Source: Amphiscolops sp. MND2022
Taxonomy: Eukaryota
Direction of reading: 5' to 3'
DNA: 64,000 nt
Assembly: GCA_964187785.1 (NCBI GenBank)
Contig: OZ076409.1
Location: 68,140,001-68,204,000, forward strand
Shown: positions 23,701-36,847 of the stretch, piece after piece
How positions within the stretch are numbered: the first letter of the stretch is position 1
Layout of the letters: each line of letters opens with the position of its first letter
Program-made: the position numbers and the translations under genes
The notes under the pieces: generated by a model
The model's database searches: none
Told to the model about the DNA's origin: nothing
Seen by the model: the letters and a program-made list of their open reading frames with translations, nothing else

Positions 23701-26008
23701 TTGCAAGACGTGGCATTCCATGTCAAACTGTGTCCGACAATGCAACCAACATCGTGGGTGCAAGGCGTGACCTCAATGAGTTGGAGAAAGTAGTCCAGGC
23801 AGGGGCGCAATCTTTCAGCAGCCTTGTTTGGCTCGTCATTTCTCCTCGCTCATCTAAGTTGGACGAACTATAGAAAGCAGTGGTGAAGTTGATGAAGCAC
23901 CATTTGCAGTGGGTCATCATGGGGAATTCGATTCTCACGTGTGAAGAGATGACAACGGTCCTGTGTCAAATAGTACAAGTCCTGAACAATCGTCCACTGA
24001 TGCCTCTCACAAACGACCCAGATGACATTCTTGCGGTCACTTCGTCGATGCTAGTCAAGGGCAGCCAATTGGATGCTATCTCACAACCCGTTTGCAGAGG
24101 ACTGATGCTTGACAAAGAAACGACTCCGCGCTCGTCAACAGCTATTCTCTCAATTCTGGAAGCGATGGGCTTCTGAGTGTAGAGCATCACTTCAGCCTTG
24201 AAGCAAATGGCGGTAAGAACGTGCGAACTTCTCAGTTGATGACGTAGTGCTGATCACAAACGATAGCATTCCACCACTGCATTATAGTATTGGTCGAGTG
24301 ATGAAATTGAAGCTAAGTCATGATAGCTTAGCTCGAGTTTCATTGGTTAGAACATCAAGCGGTCAAGTCACAAGGCCTGTCAGCAAGCTGAGACCTCTGC
24401 CAGTTGAGGACAATGACCTCCACAGTGCAAACGTGAAACGTCATGCACACAATTAGTAGCAGCGCGAACGACAGAGAAATTGCGTGCAGTGGTACAGTGC
24501 TTACGTTAAAGTAACAGTGATGCAATGTGAGTCACCAGGTTGGTTGTTCGGCCGTGCACACGCATCAACTCCTGCCTCGCTCTGGCGAGTAGGTTGCAGT
24601 ATTTTCAAGGGAATTTTGCTCAGGTCCGGATTCTCTCCTCTTGGAGGGTTGAAAGGGGGTAAGGGAGGAGGCTTCGTGTGTGAAGAGAATAAAGGAAGAC
24701 AGCCTACATTTCAAACTTTTATGTGCAACAACGACACCGAACTCGAATAGCCAAAGTACATTCAACTCCCCTTTTGTATGATGATGGTGCAGTGGTAAAC
24801 CTAAATAATCATGTATCAGAAAGTATGGACTTCGGATCCTCGAATCATAAAACTTTTTGTGGCATCATAAACTCAAACTTCTGTCATATTGCAATTTTAG
24901 TTTATTCAATCGTAGTTCTTGTGCTAATCATAGATTCGATGAAGTTGGTATGTCATCGCCGGCAGGATGTTGGCGCACGAAATTGAAGTGATCGTAAAAT
25001 ATTATTCGTCCACTTGGCACAGTGCTTACGCTAAAATAACAGTGATGCAATGTGAGTCACCAGGTTGGTTGTTCGGCCGTGCACACGCATCAACTCCTGC
25101 CTCGCTCTGGCGAGTAGGTTGCAATATTTTAAAAAAAAACTTTGCTCAGATCCGGATTCTCTCCCCACGGAGGGATGAAAGGGGGCAAGGGAGGAGGCTT
25201 CGTGTGTGGAGAGAAGAAAGGACGACAGCCTACATTTTAAACTTTTATGTGCAACAGCGACACCGAACTCAAATACCCAAAGTACATTCAACTCCCGTTT
25301 TGTATGATGACGGTGCAGTGGTAAACCTAAATGTTCATGTATCAGAAAGTATGGAGTTCGGATCCCCGAATCATTAAACTTTTTGTGACATCTTAAACTC
25401 AAACTTTTATCATGTAGCAATTTTAGTTTGTTCAATCGTAACTCTTGTGCTAATCATACATTCAATGAAGTTGGTGTCATTGCCGGCAGGATGTTGGCGC
25501 ACGAAATCAAAATGATCGCAAAATATTTTTGTCCACTTCGCACAGTGGATCAATCTTTGCATTCGAATCGGTCCGTGCGAATTCGAATCCGCGACGGCGC
25601 TTTTTTGACTTCTTTGTTCCCGTATCACTGAAATGTGTTATTGTTCAATCATACTATCTGACATTTATTCATAATGCTCATTTCTCTTATACAATACTCA
25701 GCGATTGTTGGTCTAGGTACATAAACACATCTGTAAACAAACTGCATAGACATTTTTGTTGTCCCTTTGGCTGTAAATGCCCAGTTTGCTAGTTGAGAAC
25801 CAGCTGATAACCTGTCGCCTATCCCTGATTTCTTCTTATCTGTTGCCTTTCATTCATACCGTCAATAAACGTTATCAAATATAGTCCTTTTTCTTTGAGA
25901 CAAGATTCAATTCTTCAGTAGCTTGAACTCTATCTCGAGTTCCCTCAATCTCTCTAGTTTGATTTCTTTTGAATTTCCCTGCTGTAACTTGAGAGCTACC
26001 TCAAAACC
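20728..26008 (+). mobile_element. Decayed, internally deleted BEL/Pao element (BEL-2)
   Basis: Gag LPSFTGEY..W, protease LDSGTQ, YYVPH, then most of RT/RH missing; integrase remnants (SDNATN, LNNRPL, RPVSKL) to 24456. Flanked by homologous ~440-480 bp direct repeats (20728-21166 and 25530-26008). The first is followed by a PBS-like TTGGTGAC. Ends are uncertain. Confidence 0.7.
24489..25545 (+). repeat. Tandem duplication of a ~525 bp unit in the BEL-2 3' region
   Basis: CAGTGCTTACG at 24495 and 25020, with colinear high identity throughout. Confidence 0.9.
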
Positions 26009-26074
26009 TAATGCATAACAAGTGGAGGTATTGCGTTGAAATGTGGAAAAAATACTTGCCTTTGTAACTGTCGT

Positions 26075-27520
26075 GGTAAATGGACACTTGGTTTAATTCA
26101 TTTCCCTTTGGCTTGAAGACTATTGGTTGATTGCATATCGTCACTCGACTTTTATCCAGGCAAAAGTATTGGGTAAATGGTCACTTGACCTCATAACAAA
26201 TGGCTGAAAGTCACTAAGTTGAAAACGCGTGGCCGTTTGTTTTCGAAATTGTCATTATAAGGTAGTCAGTTCTATTTACATAGAACTAGTGCCCTCAATG
26301 CAACAGCGAAGCGGAGCGAAGTGCTATGTTGCCATACCTCAATGTTGCTACTTGGCGAAGGGGGCGAAGTCATACAACAAATATGCTGACCTATTCAAAT
26401 AAATCAAGTTTCATACATGAAGAACCTATTTTCAATTTTTGCTGTTCGAAACCTATTTTGTAATTTTGGCTGTATGAATTGTCACCACTACACTATACAG
26501 TGCTATACTTGAAGTCTTCTGGCCTAGAAATATTAGACCAAATGATTCGAAAACGAAATTAGGCCAATTGGTATTAAGCCAAGTGACTTGTAGCCCTTGA
26601 TACATGTTGTCCCTGAGCCTAAAGTCATTTGGTTTCAAATCAAGTTAAAAACGCCTGGCAGCTTTTGGCGAAGTTCTCATTATAACGTAGTCAGCTATGT
26701 TCACATACCCCTAGTTGCCTAAACACAGGAGCGAAGCTAGGCGACGTGCCAAGTAGCCAGGTGTCCTTGTTGCTACTTACTTGGCGAAGGTAGCGAAGCG
26801 ACCGGACCATACAACAAATCTGCTGAACATTACGTTATATTTTTCGTTTATTGTTACTGCTTCCAAATCCTTTGTCAGAAATTCAATTCAGTTTTGGTGA
26901 TGAAGAAGGTTTTTCCAACCATTGCTTGAGAAAGAATACACCTGGCCTAAGTTTGTGGTCATTTCGCTCAAAAATTTTAAGCATAATGACTCGACGAAAA
27001 ACTTAAGCCAAGACTTCACGCCAAGTGACTTGTGACCGCCAGAGTCGTGCTTGTGTTTTCAAACCACGTACGTGTGTCATCGTACCGCGTACTTGATAAC
27101 TCACACGACAAACATCAATGACAACGATCTAAGTCATCTCCGAGAGGTTTTTCTCCGATGATACCGACTAAGCGATGACATCAAAATGACAGCTTAATCT
27201 TTTAGTCCACTCAGCATGGTGGAAATGTCTTTGCTTTCGAACCGGTCTGCGAGATTTCGAATCTGCGACAGCAGCGAATCGGTGAGAAATGCTATCTAGC
27301 CATGCCTCAAGGTTGCTACTTGGCGAAGTTGGCAAAGCCGAACATCAAAAATGCTAACCTATTCAAATAAATCAAGTTTCATACAAAAAACCTACTTTCT
27401 GATTTTTTCTGTTCGATATCTCTAACTTGTGAATTTGGCTGCATGAATTGTCACCACTACACTATATAATGCTATACTTGAAGTCATTCGGCTAAGAGAA
27501 AAAAGGCCAAATGATTCGAA
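26075..27520. repeat. Cluster of decayed MITE-like units (AAGTCACTTGG/CCAAGTGACTT arms, internal core A)
   Basis: Core A copies at ~26262-26390, 26686-26825 and 27295-27360. The unit resumes at 31617-32090 after the LINE. Confidence 0.65.
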
Positions 27521-30500
27521 TTTTTTTAAATTTTCCTCAACTTGCGGAAGGGTGTTTAACGAATAAATAGTACAAAAAGAGCTTTGAGAGTTGGATAAAA
27601 TTAGGTTAGTCTTCAATGATGAGATCTATACGTATTCGTTCAACTTTGTTGACTTTGAGATATAGTCGACAATGGTATTGCAGTCTTCAGTGTCTAGGAG
27701 TTTCAATGAGTCAATGTCTTCTGGTCTGTTTACTTGATATAGACCACATACCAGAAAAAAATGTTCTGCAGTCTCTTCACTTTTCACACATTGGTGATTC
27801 GTCCTGCCACTTTTCGAAGCGTAATTTTCTACAGCGAAAGAATTGCCAGTCAGAATATCACATATTTTGTTGGCTTCGTACCTTTGGAGGTTGAAAAGGG
27901 GCAATTGAGTGTTACACGTTGGTTGGTTTTGGTGCACTTTTTCAGATATGACTTGTTGTCGTTATTTTTTTACCTAAGGTTTCAAAGATGGTTGATCAAA
28001 AAGCTGACATCTTGCTGTTTATAGCTTGTCCATTTTTGAATTCTCAAAAACTTTCAGAATGGAGTAACATGAGTTAGCAACACTGTACGGTAAAGAGGAA
28101 GATGCATCATGAGTCCAATGTATTAAATCGTCATCTAGTTTGAGCTTCAAGAGATGTTTGACGTTGATGGCTGTACTCAGAAGATCAAATGGCGGTGTTC
28201 CCAGCAGAACCTGACATGAGTCGATATTCGGCGAAAATCCGTGTCTACAGACTGTCCTCATGAAGTTATTTTGTACTGCTGCGACGTATTTGAGGTTTTG
28301 TCTCATGCCAAATTGCTGCTGCATAGAGAAGTGTGTGTAAGATGACGATTTTGTATAACAGAACTAGCGTTTATTCTGCTGCAAGGATCCATTTTTTGTT
28401 GCATACCGAATTGCTAATATTCCAATTTCGCTTTGCTTTCTCGATTGTTTTAGTAGAAAAATCCCGGTAGTTGAGCTCGCTATCAATAATTACTCCGAGA
28501 GACGTTGTTTTTTTTAAACTTGATATACATCACCATTGAGGAACGGGAATTCGAAGTCATTTCCGTTGCAATTGAAAAGGGATATTTCAGTTTTTCCTCC
28601 GTTCACTAACATCCTCCAATCTGCACACTACTTCTCGTGTCCGACCAACATTTTCGAAGGATGGCAAATAACTCTGACGGATCTTTCCCAGTGACAATGA
28701 CAGAACTATCGTCTGCAAACTTGAATTTTTGTGCTTGACTACTGGGAAAGTCGTTCAGGAAAATTATGAAGAGCAATGGCGGCAACACACTTCCCTCTGG
28801 AACGCCAATGTTAATCTGGACCTTCGAAGATTGGTATCCTTCCAATTCGATGGAAGCGACTCTGGTTTTTATAAACTATTTTATTATTGGATACATTTTG
28901 CCAGAAATAATGTCTTCCAAAAGTTAAAAGTGAAGGCCGCCCACTCACACGCTATCGAAAACCTACAGCGATAAGGTATCGATTAGAGGCCCATAACAGA
29001 TGCAAAGATCGAGAACATTGCAGTCATTTGCTGCCAAAAACGTAGGCTCACCATCATCGAGAAAGCTGCTGTGGTCGACTTTTTGAACTAGTTCCTCACG
29101 TAACAAGTTACCCAATTTGTCTCCCCAATAGGTGTGCCTTGCATTGAGTTTACCAAAAAGAGAGCTTCATTCAGGCAACTTTTGGTAACATACGTTTTGC
29201 AACTCTGTATAATCTTCCTTGTTTTTCTCAAGCCCTCGAAGTCATCAGGTCTCACAAATGAAGTAGATACAACTAACTTAATTCCGCCCAGCCTAACAGT
29301 CAAAAAAACATTATCAACGGAGGTGTCTTCGATTTGATTAAGTCTTGAGTAAGGGATGTGATTTTTCAAAAACACTGCGACGCCCCCAGAACTTCCACCC
29401 TTACAACTGATTGTAGTGAAATTGTCGAATAGATTTGCACTAATTGGTGTCTTGGTTTCATTAACTCATGATCACTCAGGCCGCATGTATTAATCTGTAA
29501 GAAAATGGAACCAGGGTTAGCCATCTTTTTTTTTACACAGGGTTTCTCGGAGTTGGTGCTTGTAGACCTCGTCTTTCATAAAAAATATGTGTTCCTGATT
29601 AATAAAGGTTGGGCAGTCAAGAAATTTAGTTTCGTGGTTTCCGCTGCGATTGGCACACCTATTGGCAGGCTGATTGCCTTGGCAGTTCTCGACAGAGTGC
29701 TCGACGTAGCAAAGTTTACATGACACTTTCCAATGGCAATTGGAACAAAAATATCCGAAATTCTGACATCGGTAGCAGCGGATTATTCGTATTCCTCGCT
29801 GTATGAGTTCGACTGGTTGATAGTACGAATGGTCAATGAAAACCCAATAAGTTGATGCCTTGTTAAACTGGGCTTTCGAGAAAAATGTAAGTTCGACACT
29901 TTGCCAAAATTTCCCATCAGATTTGATAAAGCGTCTGATTCTGACACCTGGAAAATTATCCGTAAGAGCAGATGTCATGTACGAGTTGGATACTTTTAAT
30001 GGAACTCCCCATATTACGGCGCTGTGGTGTTCATTCCTGCCACTAGCATTTCGAACCGACGAGTCGCCCCCAAAGAATCAGCCTTCCATCCCTGCAAAAC
30101 ACAGTCAGACTCCTCTGGTGTTTCAAACTCAAGAGAAATACTACCACGCGCTGCAAAATAGGCGTACAGTAATTTTTTGTTTGGATACTTTGAAGCAAAC
30201 GCTTTTTTGATTTCAATACTATCTCTAAAATTCTGATTTGTCTTAATGAGCAATAGGTTTTGTCTTGTTCGACTTCTGGTGTCAGTTGTACTTTTCGCTT
30301 GAATTTCGTTTCGATTACTTTTTACTTTATCCGCTTAGTTCTCGAGAGCTTAATTGATGTTAGAATGTCAAGCTTGAGTTTGATGCCTGATAGTTCTTTT
30401 TTCATGGATTCCATGATTTGTATCTCAGTTTTTGTAATTTCAATTTCTTTTTTTTCTGTTGTTGAGTTTTGGCATTTAACGATTTGCAGACGTTAGAAGA

Positions 30501-31606
30501 ACGTCCCTGAAGATACTTGTATTAGCATTTAAAGCAATACTAATGAACTGAGGCATATTTTGGAAGTACTGGTAGGTCCTTTACATCAAGGCCCCCACAA
30601 GGTCCATGACACCACGACTCATCCGTTGCAACAAGTTAAATTTTTTTCAGTTTTCTCAACAATAATTTTACATTTAGGGCAACAATCATCCGAGACTGAC
30701 TGAATTCTGTTTTTTGGTCCCATTGTGTCGGATCACTGCTAAATCTCAAGGTCTCCCAACCAACTAAAGTTTACAAAGACCAAAAAAAAACAGATCACTA
30801 ATCTACTGAGACACTTTCAGTTGTCGGAGCTTCATTCTTAGTCTTTGATTCGGTTTCTTCCTTATGTTTTTACCTGGTTTGAACCTCTGTACGTGATGTC
30901 AGTGTTTCCAGACTATAAATAGGAGCTTGAATTCTAGTGCTGCTGACGGATGCAACTGTTGCAAGTCGGACAAGATCGTACTATCTCTGCGTTTCCTATT
31001 AAAATTAATTTTCTAACAGAGCCAATGATGATGATCTGTGAACCGAATAACCGCCTTTTGATGTCCCCGATGTTCAGACGACGACAGTAAACTATTCTGT
31101 CCCTGAACAGCAGCACATTTTCTATTAGCTGGTCGATCGAATTTGGCTGATAATTGTTGCCTCGATGGGGTGAAATTGAATTGTTTATAACATCGTGCCA
31201 AATAAGAATATTGTTAACTTTACTGAGAGATCCTCGAGTGAGAAGGTTTCGAAGAATTTTTGACGGTTGATGGCTTTATCGTTAGAGCTAAGGTACCGAA
31301 AAGCAGCTGCGAACAAATATATATTTTTTTAGTTTTGTAGGGGATAGAATCGAAAGTTCGGCACAATGAACTAGCGCTAATAACGAAAACCATGTAATTA
31401 GTAGTGAAAGGGGTGCATGCCAAATGACAAGAAACAAGAAAATAAGGAACGAACTAACGATTCTTGATAGAGTCAGATTTGGCACGACAAACCAGCAGAA
31501 CAGTCCCAGGGACCAGATTGTGACGATTGTCCAGAGCCTGATTCCAGTGTAAGGTGAACAATCAATAACTTCGCTGAAACTATTCAACAAGTCTGTCAGA
31601 ACAATC
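27521..31606 (-). mobile_element. Decayed non-LTR retrotransposon (LINE): ORF1 with PHD and three CCHC knuckles; ORF2 APE-RT-CCHC with an internal deletion
   Basis: ORF1 ATG 30723, PHD at ~30525-30682, knuckles RCYRCQNFGY.. at ~29620-29780. APE remnants ~29090-29500; RT GVPEGSVL and KFADD at ~28700-28830; C-terminal C..ETAEHFFLVC. A-rich tail at 27521. Near-perfect TSD ATGATTCGAA (27511-27520) / ATGACTCGAA (31607-31616), splitting a MITE unit. Confidence 0.85.
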
Positions 31607-32092
31607 ATGACTCGAAATTAAAATTAGGCCAATTGGTATCATACCAAGTGACTTGTAGCCCTTGACATTTTTGGTCACTTGGCTCAAAGTCATCAGTTCA
31701 TATGCCCCTAGTACCCTAAGTGCAGGAACGAAGCGAAGCGACGTGCCTTATGGCCAAGCGTCAATGTTGCAATGTTGACACTTGGCGAAAAGCGCGAAGC
31801 GACCGAGCCATACAACAAATTGCTGAACACTCCGTTACATTTTTCGTTTATTGTTGCTGCATCCAAAACCTTTGTCAGAAATTCAATTCAGTTTTGGTCT
31901 TGAATAAGATGTTTCCAACCATTGCTTGAGTTAGAATAGACTTGGCCTAATTTTGTGGTCATTTGACTCAAAAGTTTAAGCCAAAGGACTCGTTGAGAAA
32001 ATTAAATCAAGACTTCACACCAAGTGACTTGTGACCGCCAGGTCGTGCATTTGCAGACCACCTACGTGTGTCATCTTCCCGCCTACGTGATG

Positions 32093-32600
32093 GGAACAGG
32101 ACGTTTCAGCAAAAAAACTCGAAACGTTTTAACAAGTTTTTCATGCCGAAACGTCCCGTCTTATCTTGGTTTTGGTTTTTGGTTTTCTTCAAACTGGTTA
32201 GGTCCAGTTTGTGGAATACCAGTTTGTAGAATTCTGCAATTTTGTAGAGAAACGTTAGGACCATTACTGTAGGAACGATGCAAGGCATAAAACGTGCCTC
32301 GGATATGTCCACAATTCCTCTAGTGCCCCGCGGCCCCTTGGGCCGCTTATATTCCCATCTTGCTAAACGAGGTCGACAGGAACAAAGACCTAGCGGGAAC
32401 GGAGATCGCGAAGCGATCGTAGTGGGATCTGGTCTTTGCGACGGTGAGGGCGAGCGTGCATACACCGGATATGCCCCACATATCATACGAAACGTTTCGT
32501 CAATTGTTTTTAGCCTGGGACGTTTCGGTATATTTTTTTCGTCGAAACGTCCGCCGCCATGGTTCTGACGAAACGTCTTTTGCCGAAACGTTCGGAATCC
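32093..32600. mobile_element. Mutator-like MITE (ACGTTTCG-motif arms, core B)
   Basis: GG...CC ends, inverted arms, core B at 32292-32480, degenerate 9-bp TSD (TACGTGATG / CACATGATG). Confidence 0.65.
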
Positions 32601-33547
32601 CACATGATGATCTACGCGGCACAGGTCAATGACGACCATCGAAGTCATCCAATTTATATTGAAAGGTGTCAATATGTCTTGAAATATGATAAAATGAATG
32701 GAACGTCAAGCTAGGAGCTACATTCTAGAACGGGAACAATGCCCAGGATGCCTAGACAGGAGACCATGGTCCTACAACAACCTGAACACTAGTTTTTCGT
32801 CCCTAAAGGTCTCCTAGGGGACTTTTCCGTTGGTCTGAGGAGACTCCTCAAATGAGAGCTCCGTGGCTACGTGCCGGCACACTCAAAGTCCGGACACGTC
32901 CCACAAGCACGTAAAAACGTTTCCTAAGGTTCCTGCCGCCTCCAACAAACATCCGAGGTCCAAAAATAAGGTGTAGCTGAAATACATTTTATTGGGGGAA
33001 TAAGCTCTAAATCCACCAAAATAGGGATCTAGTAGATCCAATATCATGGCAAATCTGCTAAACAACATCAAAAACATCAAAACAAATTAGAATTTGTCAC
33101 ATTCAAGGATTGTATCCAGTTTTCAGGGTTTTTAGGGTAACCTTCGAAAAAATTCTCCTTTCTTCTGGGGCAATTTCCTGGGCTAGATGGCACAAAACCG
33201 CGTTTTTCTGGCAGTTCTCAGCTCTTCTGGGGTCTCTGACACTGTCTTCTGTGATCTCGAGGGTTTTTCGGGGTTCCCGGGGGTTCCGGGATTTTTTTGG
33301 CTTTTTTTCGTCCTTTTTTCCTTCTTTTCAGGGACCTGCAAGATCGGCCATTTTGAATGATCTCATTTGATATCGCACATTTTTTGCATTTCAACGAAAT
33401 TTTCAAAACTTGATACAACGTCCTTTGCTGGACGTTACAGAATATCAAATTTTGTCAGCAACAAAATAAGGTATTTCTCGGCAACATAAAAGCATTTTTG
33501 TTTTTTGAAGGGAAAACGGAGTAGTATCTACAGGTACATCTAAAAAG

Positions 33548-35038
33548 GTAAATGGTCACTTGGCTCAATGCCATTTGGCTTGAAGTCATTTGGCTTAATA
33601 CAATTGGTCACTTGGCTTCATTTTTTTAAGCCAAGTGTCTCGGGTATTGGTCATTTGGCTTAAAGTCATTTGACTTAAAACCACTTAGTTGGAAACACGT
33701 GGCAGATTTTGTCGAAATTATCTTTATAACGTAGTCAGCGTATTATTATAACATGTCATGTCAAGTACCCCTCGGATATGTCCCCATTTCATTTCCTCTA
33801 GTGGCGTGCGGCCCCTTGGGGCCGCTTATATTCCCATCAGGTGAACGGAAATGGGTCGAAAGAAATGGGTCGAATCGGCCTCCTGTGCCATGGGTCGAAT
33901 CTTCACCGTTTCGGAATTGGGTCGAATGGACTTGGGTCGACCTTGAAAAATGCCAAGTTCAAGGGAGACAACATATTGATTTCGACCCAAGTCCATTCGA
34001 CCCAATTCGACCTCAGTCAATTCGACCTAAGTTATTCGACCAAAAGGGTCGACCTAATTCTTTTCGACCTATTTCATTCGACCCATTTCATGCAATCCAT
34101 TCCCATCTAGGGCACGGTAATAAGTTCGAACGCATAAGTTCGAATTTTAATTTTGAATGGACTAAGTTCGAATTTTCCAAAAACCGGAACGAGTTCGAAT
34201 CACTGTGTTCGAATTTTGAACAAACCGCCGTAAGTATAAAGCGTACCTCTGATATTTCCCCAATTCATCTAGTGCCCCGCGGCCCCTTGGGGCCGCTTAT
34301 GTTCCCATTTGCTAAGCGAGGTCGAACAGGAGCAAAGACCTAGCGGGAACGGAGATCGCGAAGCGATCGTAGTCGGAGCTGGTCTTTGTGACGGTGAGGG
34401 CGAGCGTGCATACACCGGATTTGCCCCACATTAGAAAGGAAAAGTATTTAAAATTTTCTGAGACATTCACGAAAGGTAATATTTTATTCTTGACACACCG
34501 GATATGCCCGATATGAAGATTCGAACTTGGTGTCTCGAAACTATTCCTATTCGAACTTATTCCACTAGTTCACATTCGAACTTAGTAAAACGAACTTATT
34601 GCCCGAAGCTCCCTTGCTAAGCGAGGTCGAACAGGAGCAAAGACCTAGCGGGAGCGGAGATCGCGAAGCGATCGTAGTCGGAGCTGGTCTTTGTGACGGT
34701 GAGGGCGAGCGTGCATACACCGGATTTGCCCCACATTAGAAAGGAAAAGTATTAAAAATTTTCTGAGACATTCACGAAAGGTAATATTTTATTCTTGACA
34801 CACCGGATATGCCCGATATGAAAATTCGAACTTGGTGTCTCGAAACTATTCCTATTCGAACTTATTCCACTAGTTCACATTCGAACTTAGTAAAACGAAC
34901 TTATTGCCCGAAGCCTCCCATCTTGCTAAGCGAGGTCGAACAGGAGCAAAGACCTAGCGGGAACGAAGATCGCGAAGCGATCGTAGTGGGAGCTGGTCTT
35001 TGCGACGGTGAGGGCGAGCGTGTATACAACAAATATGC
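33548..35038. mobile_element. Nested MITE stack: a core B split by MITE 33839-34098 and MITE 34109-34916
   Basis: TSD ATTCCCATC (33830-33838 / 34099-34107) and CCCATCT (34102-34108 / 34917-34923). The second MITE contains a ~305 bp internal tandem duplication. Confidence 0.75.
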
Positions 35039-36562
35039 CTCCTTTTGCAAGGCGACAATATGGCGGCGGACGTTTCGACGACAAAGAAAGTCGTTGAAAC
35101 GTCCGCGGCCATTTTGGCGCTCAGTCGACTGTCATCGAAAACTCCGGATTCCCACTTTTCGACACTTTTAAAAGTAACCTCCGTATCTGACCTGTTGATT
35201 TTGACCATTATTTTGCAAATGGGGGAATGGACCAATGACATTTTTACACGTTACGTTATTCTCGATTGGCACTTAACTGTTTCTTCTCCGAAATTAGTCC
35301 TCCTTGCCATGACGAAAAGTTCAATGGTATATATGCTCAACTGCCGCATCAGAATTAGATTTGAATATTTTAGACCACATCTAGTTAGTTGCGCATTTTT
35401 TTCTTCAGCTCCAAACTGGGCAAAAAAGATATTGAACGCCTAACAATTAACGAAGGCCAATAGAAATCAGTCCGGTCCGCTTTCGGTTTCTCTACATTCT
35501 CTCTGATTTTCCAAGTTTTGATGAAACCAAACGTCCTTTGTTTTTTTTCGACCTCGCGATTTTTCTGTTGAATTGTTTTTAACAAGCCGGGATCGGCATA
35601 AGTCGACGCCATATCTAAGGCTCAAAAATAGCAAAAAAACGTCAAAGTGTCAAGTGTTCTTTTGCAGTACCTGAAAGTTTCAAGTATTCTTTTACAGTAC
35701 GAATTGGCACGCCGGGAGCCTGCTAGCGGGCCCCCGGCGCGCTAGAAGGGGGGACCCTTCCGGATTTTTTTAAGAATCCATAATTGTCAAATATCGAAAA
35801 CTTGAAGGTGGGACCCTTTGGGTAAAAAAAATTCGAAAAAAATCCCTATGCCGAAAAAACTGAAAGGGGGGCCCTTTGGGTTTTTTAACATCTATGCTGT
35901 CGCAAAACATCAAAAAACTTGAAGGGACCCTTTGGCGAAAAAGATTGAAAAAAGTCTCAATGCCAAAAAAAACTGAAAGGGGGACCATTTAGTCTCCCCC
36001 GGTATTGTATGATACGCGGAAAAAGAGGAAAAACTTTTTGCTTTAGTTCGCTAGGCCAAATTGTTACACTTGCGATAAGCAAGTGTTATGGGAAAGTGCG
36101 GGTGCTTTTTTTCCCGCGCGACAACTCTCTCGTTTCAGACCGCAAGTCGCATAATTCAGACTTCTTTGATCTAGCGGTAAGATGCTTGCTTTTCAACCCA
36201 GAGGGTCCGGGTTCGAACCCGTGCCTATGCGCAATTTTTTTTACAAAATTTTCGAAGCAGAAGATTCTCACTTTTTTCGACAATATGAGACCCCCCCTCC
36301 CCCCTTTTCGGCTTTTTGAGACTTATTTTCGAAAATTTTTTAATGTCACGAAAGGGTCCTCCCTTCATTTTTTTTGATATTTTGCAACAGAACGAACGTT
36401 AAAAAATTCAAAAGGGTCTCTTCTTTCAGATATTTCAGCACTATGAGACTGTTGAAAATTCGCATTTTTCTCGAAAATTTTTCGAAGTCTCCAAATGGCC
36501 CCCCTTCAATTTTTTTGAAATATCGCAAAAGAATGGATGTTAAAAAATCTCAAAGAACCCCC

Positions 36563-36806
36563 TGTTGAGACTTTCTAAATTACTATGACACGTCACTTAA
36601 AAATGCTTCAAATTTAAATCAATCAATCAGAAACTGACAACCATGCAAGTCATGCGTGAAAACTTTGACTTTTAACTTCATTGTATCTTTCTTCATTTCT
36701 TGTTCACAAATCAATTGAATCAAGTTGTACTTCTTTTAAACTGATCATAATTGTTTAATCTCATCACGTAAGAATTGAACTTTCTTTTCTTATTCATCCA
36801 GCAACA
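36563..36806 (+). repeat. BEL-3 5' LTR
   Basis: TGTTGAGAC...CAGCAACA. Confidence 0.95.
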
Positions 36807-36847
36807 TATTGGTGCCGCGCCTACCCAGGAAAGGAAAACGTTTAAAA

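Noticed and set aside
33753..35443. ORFs of 90-196 aa in the MITE stack
   Set aside because: They cross MITE boundaries and consist of repeated arm motifs, with no transposase motifs.
36165..36228. tRNA gene
   Set aside because: A/B boxes are present but there is no paired acceptor stem, and it is embedded in a repeat element. The same applies to 63508-63560.
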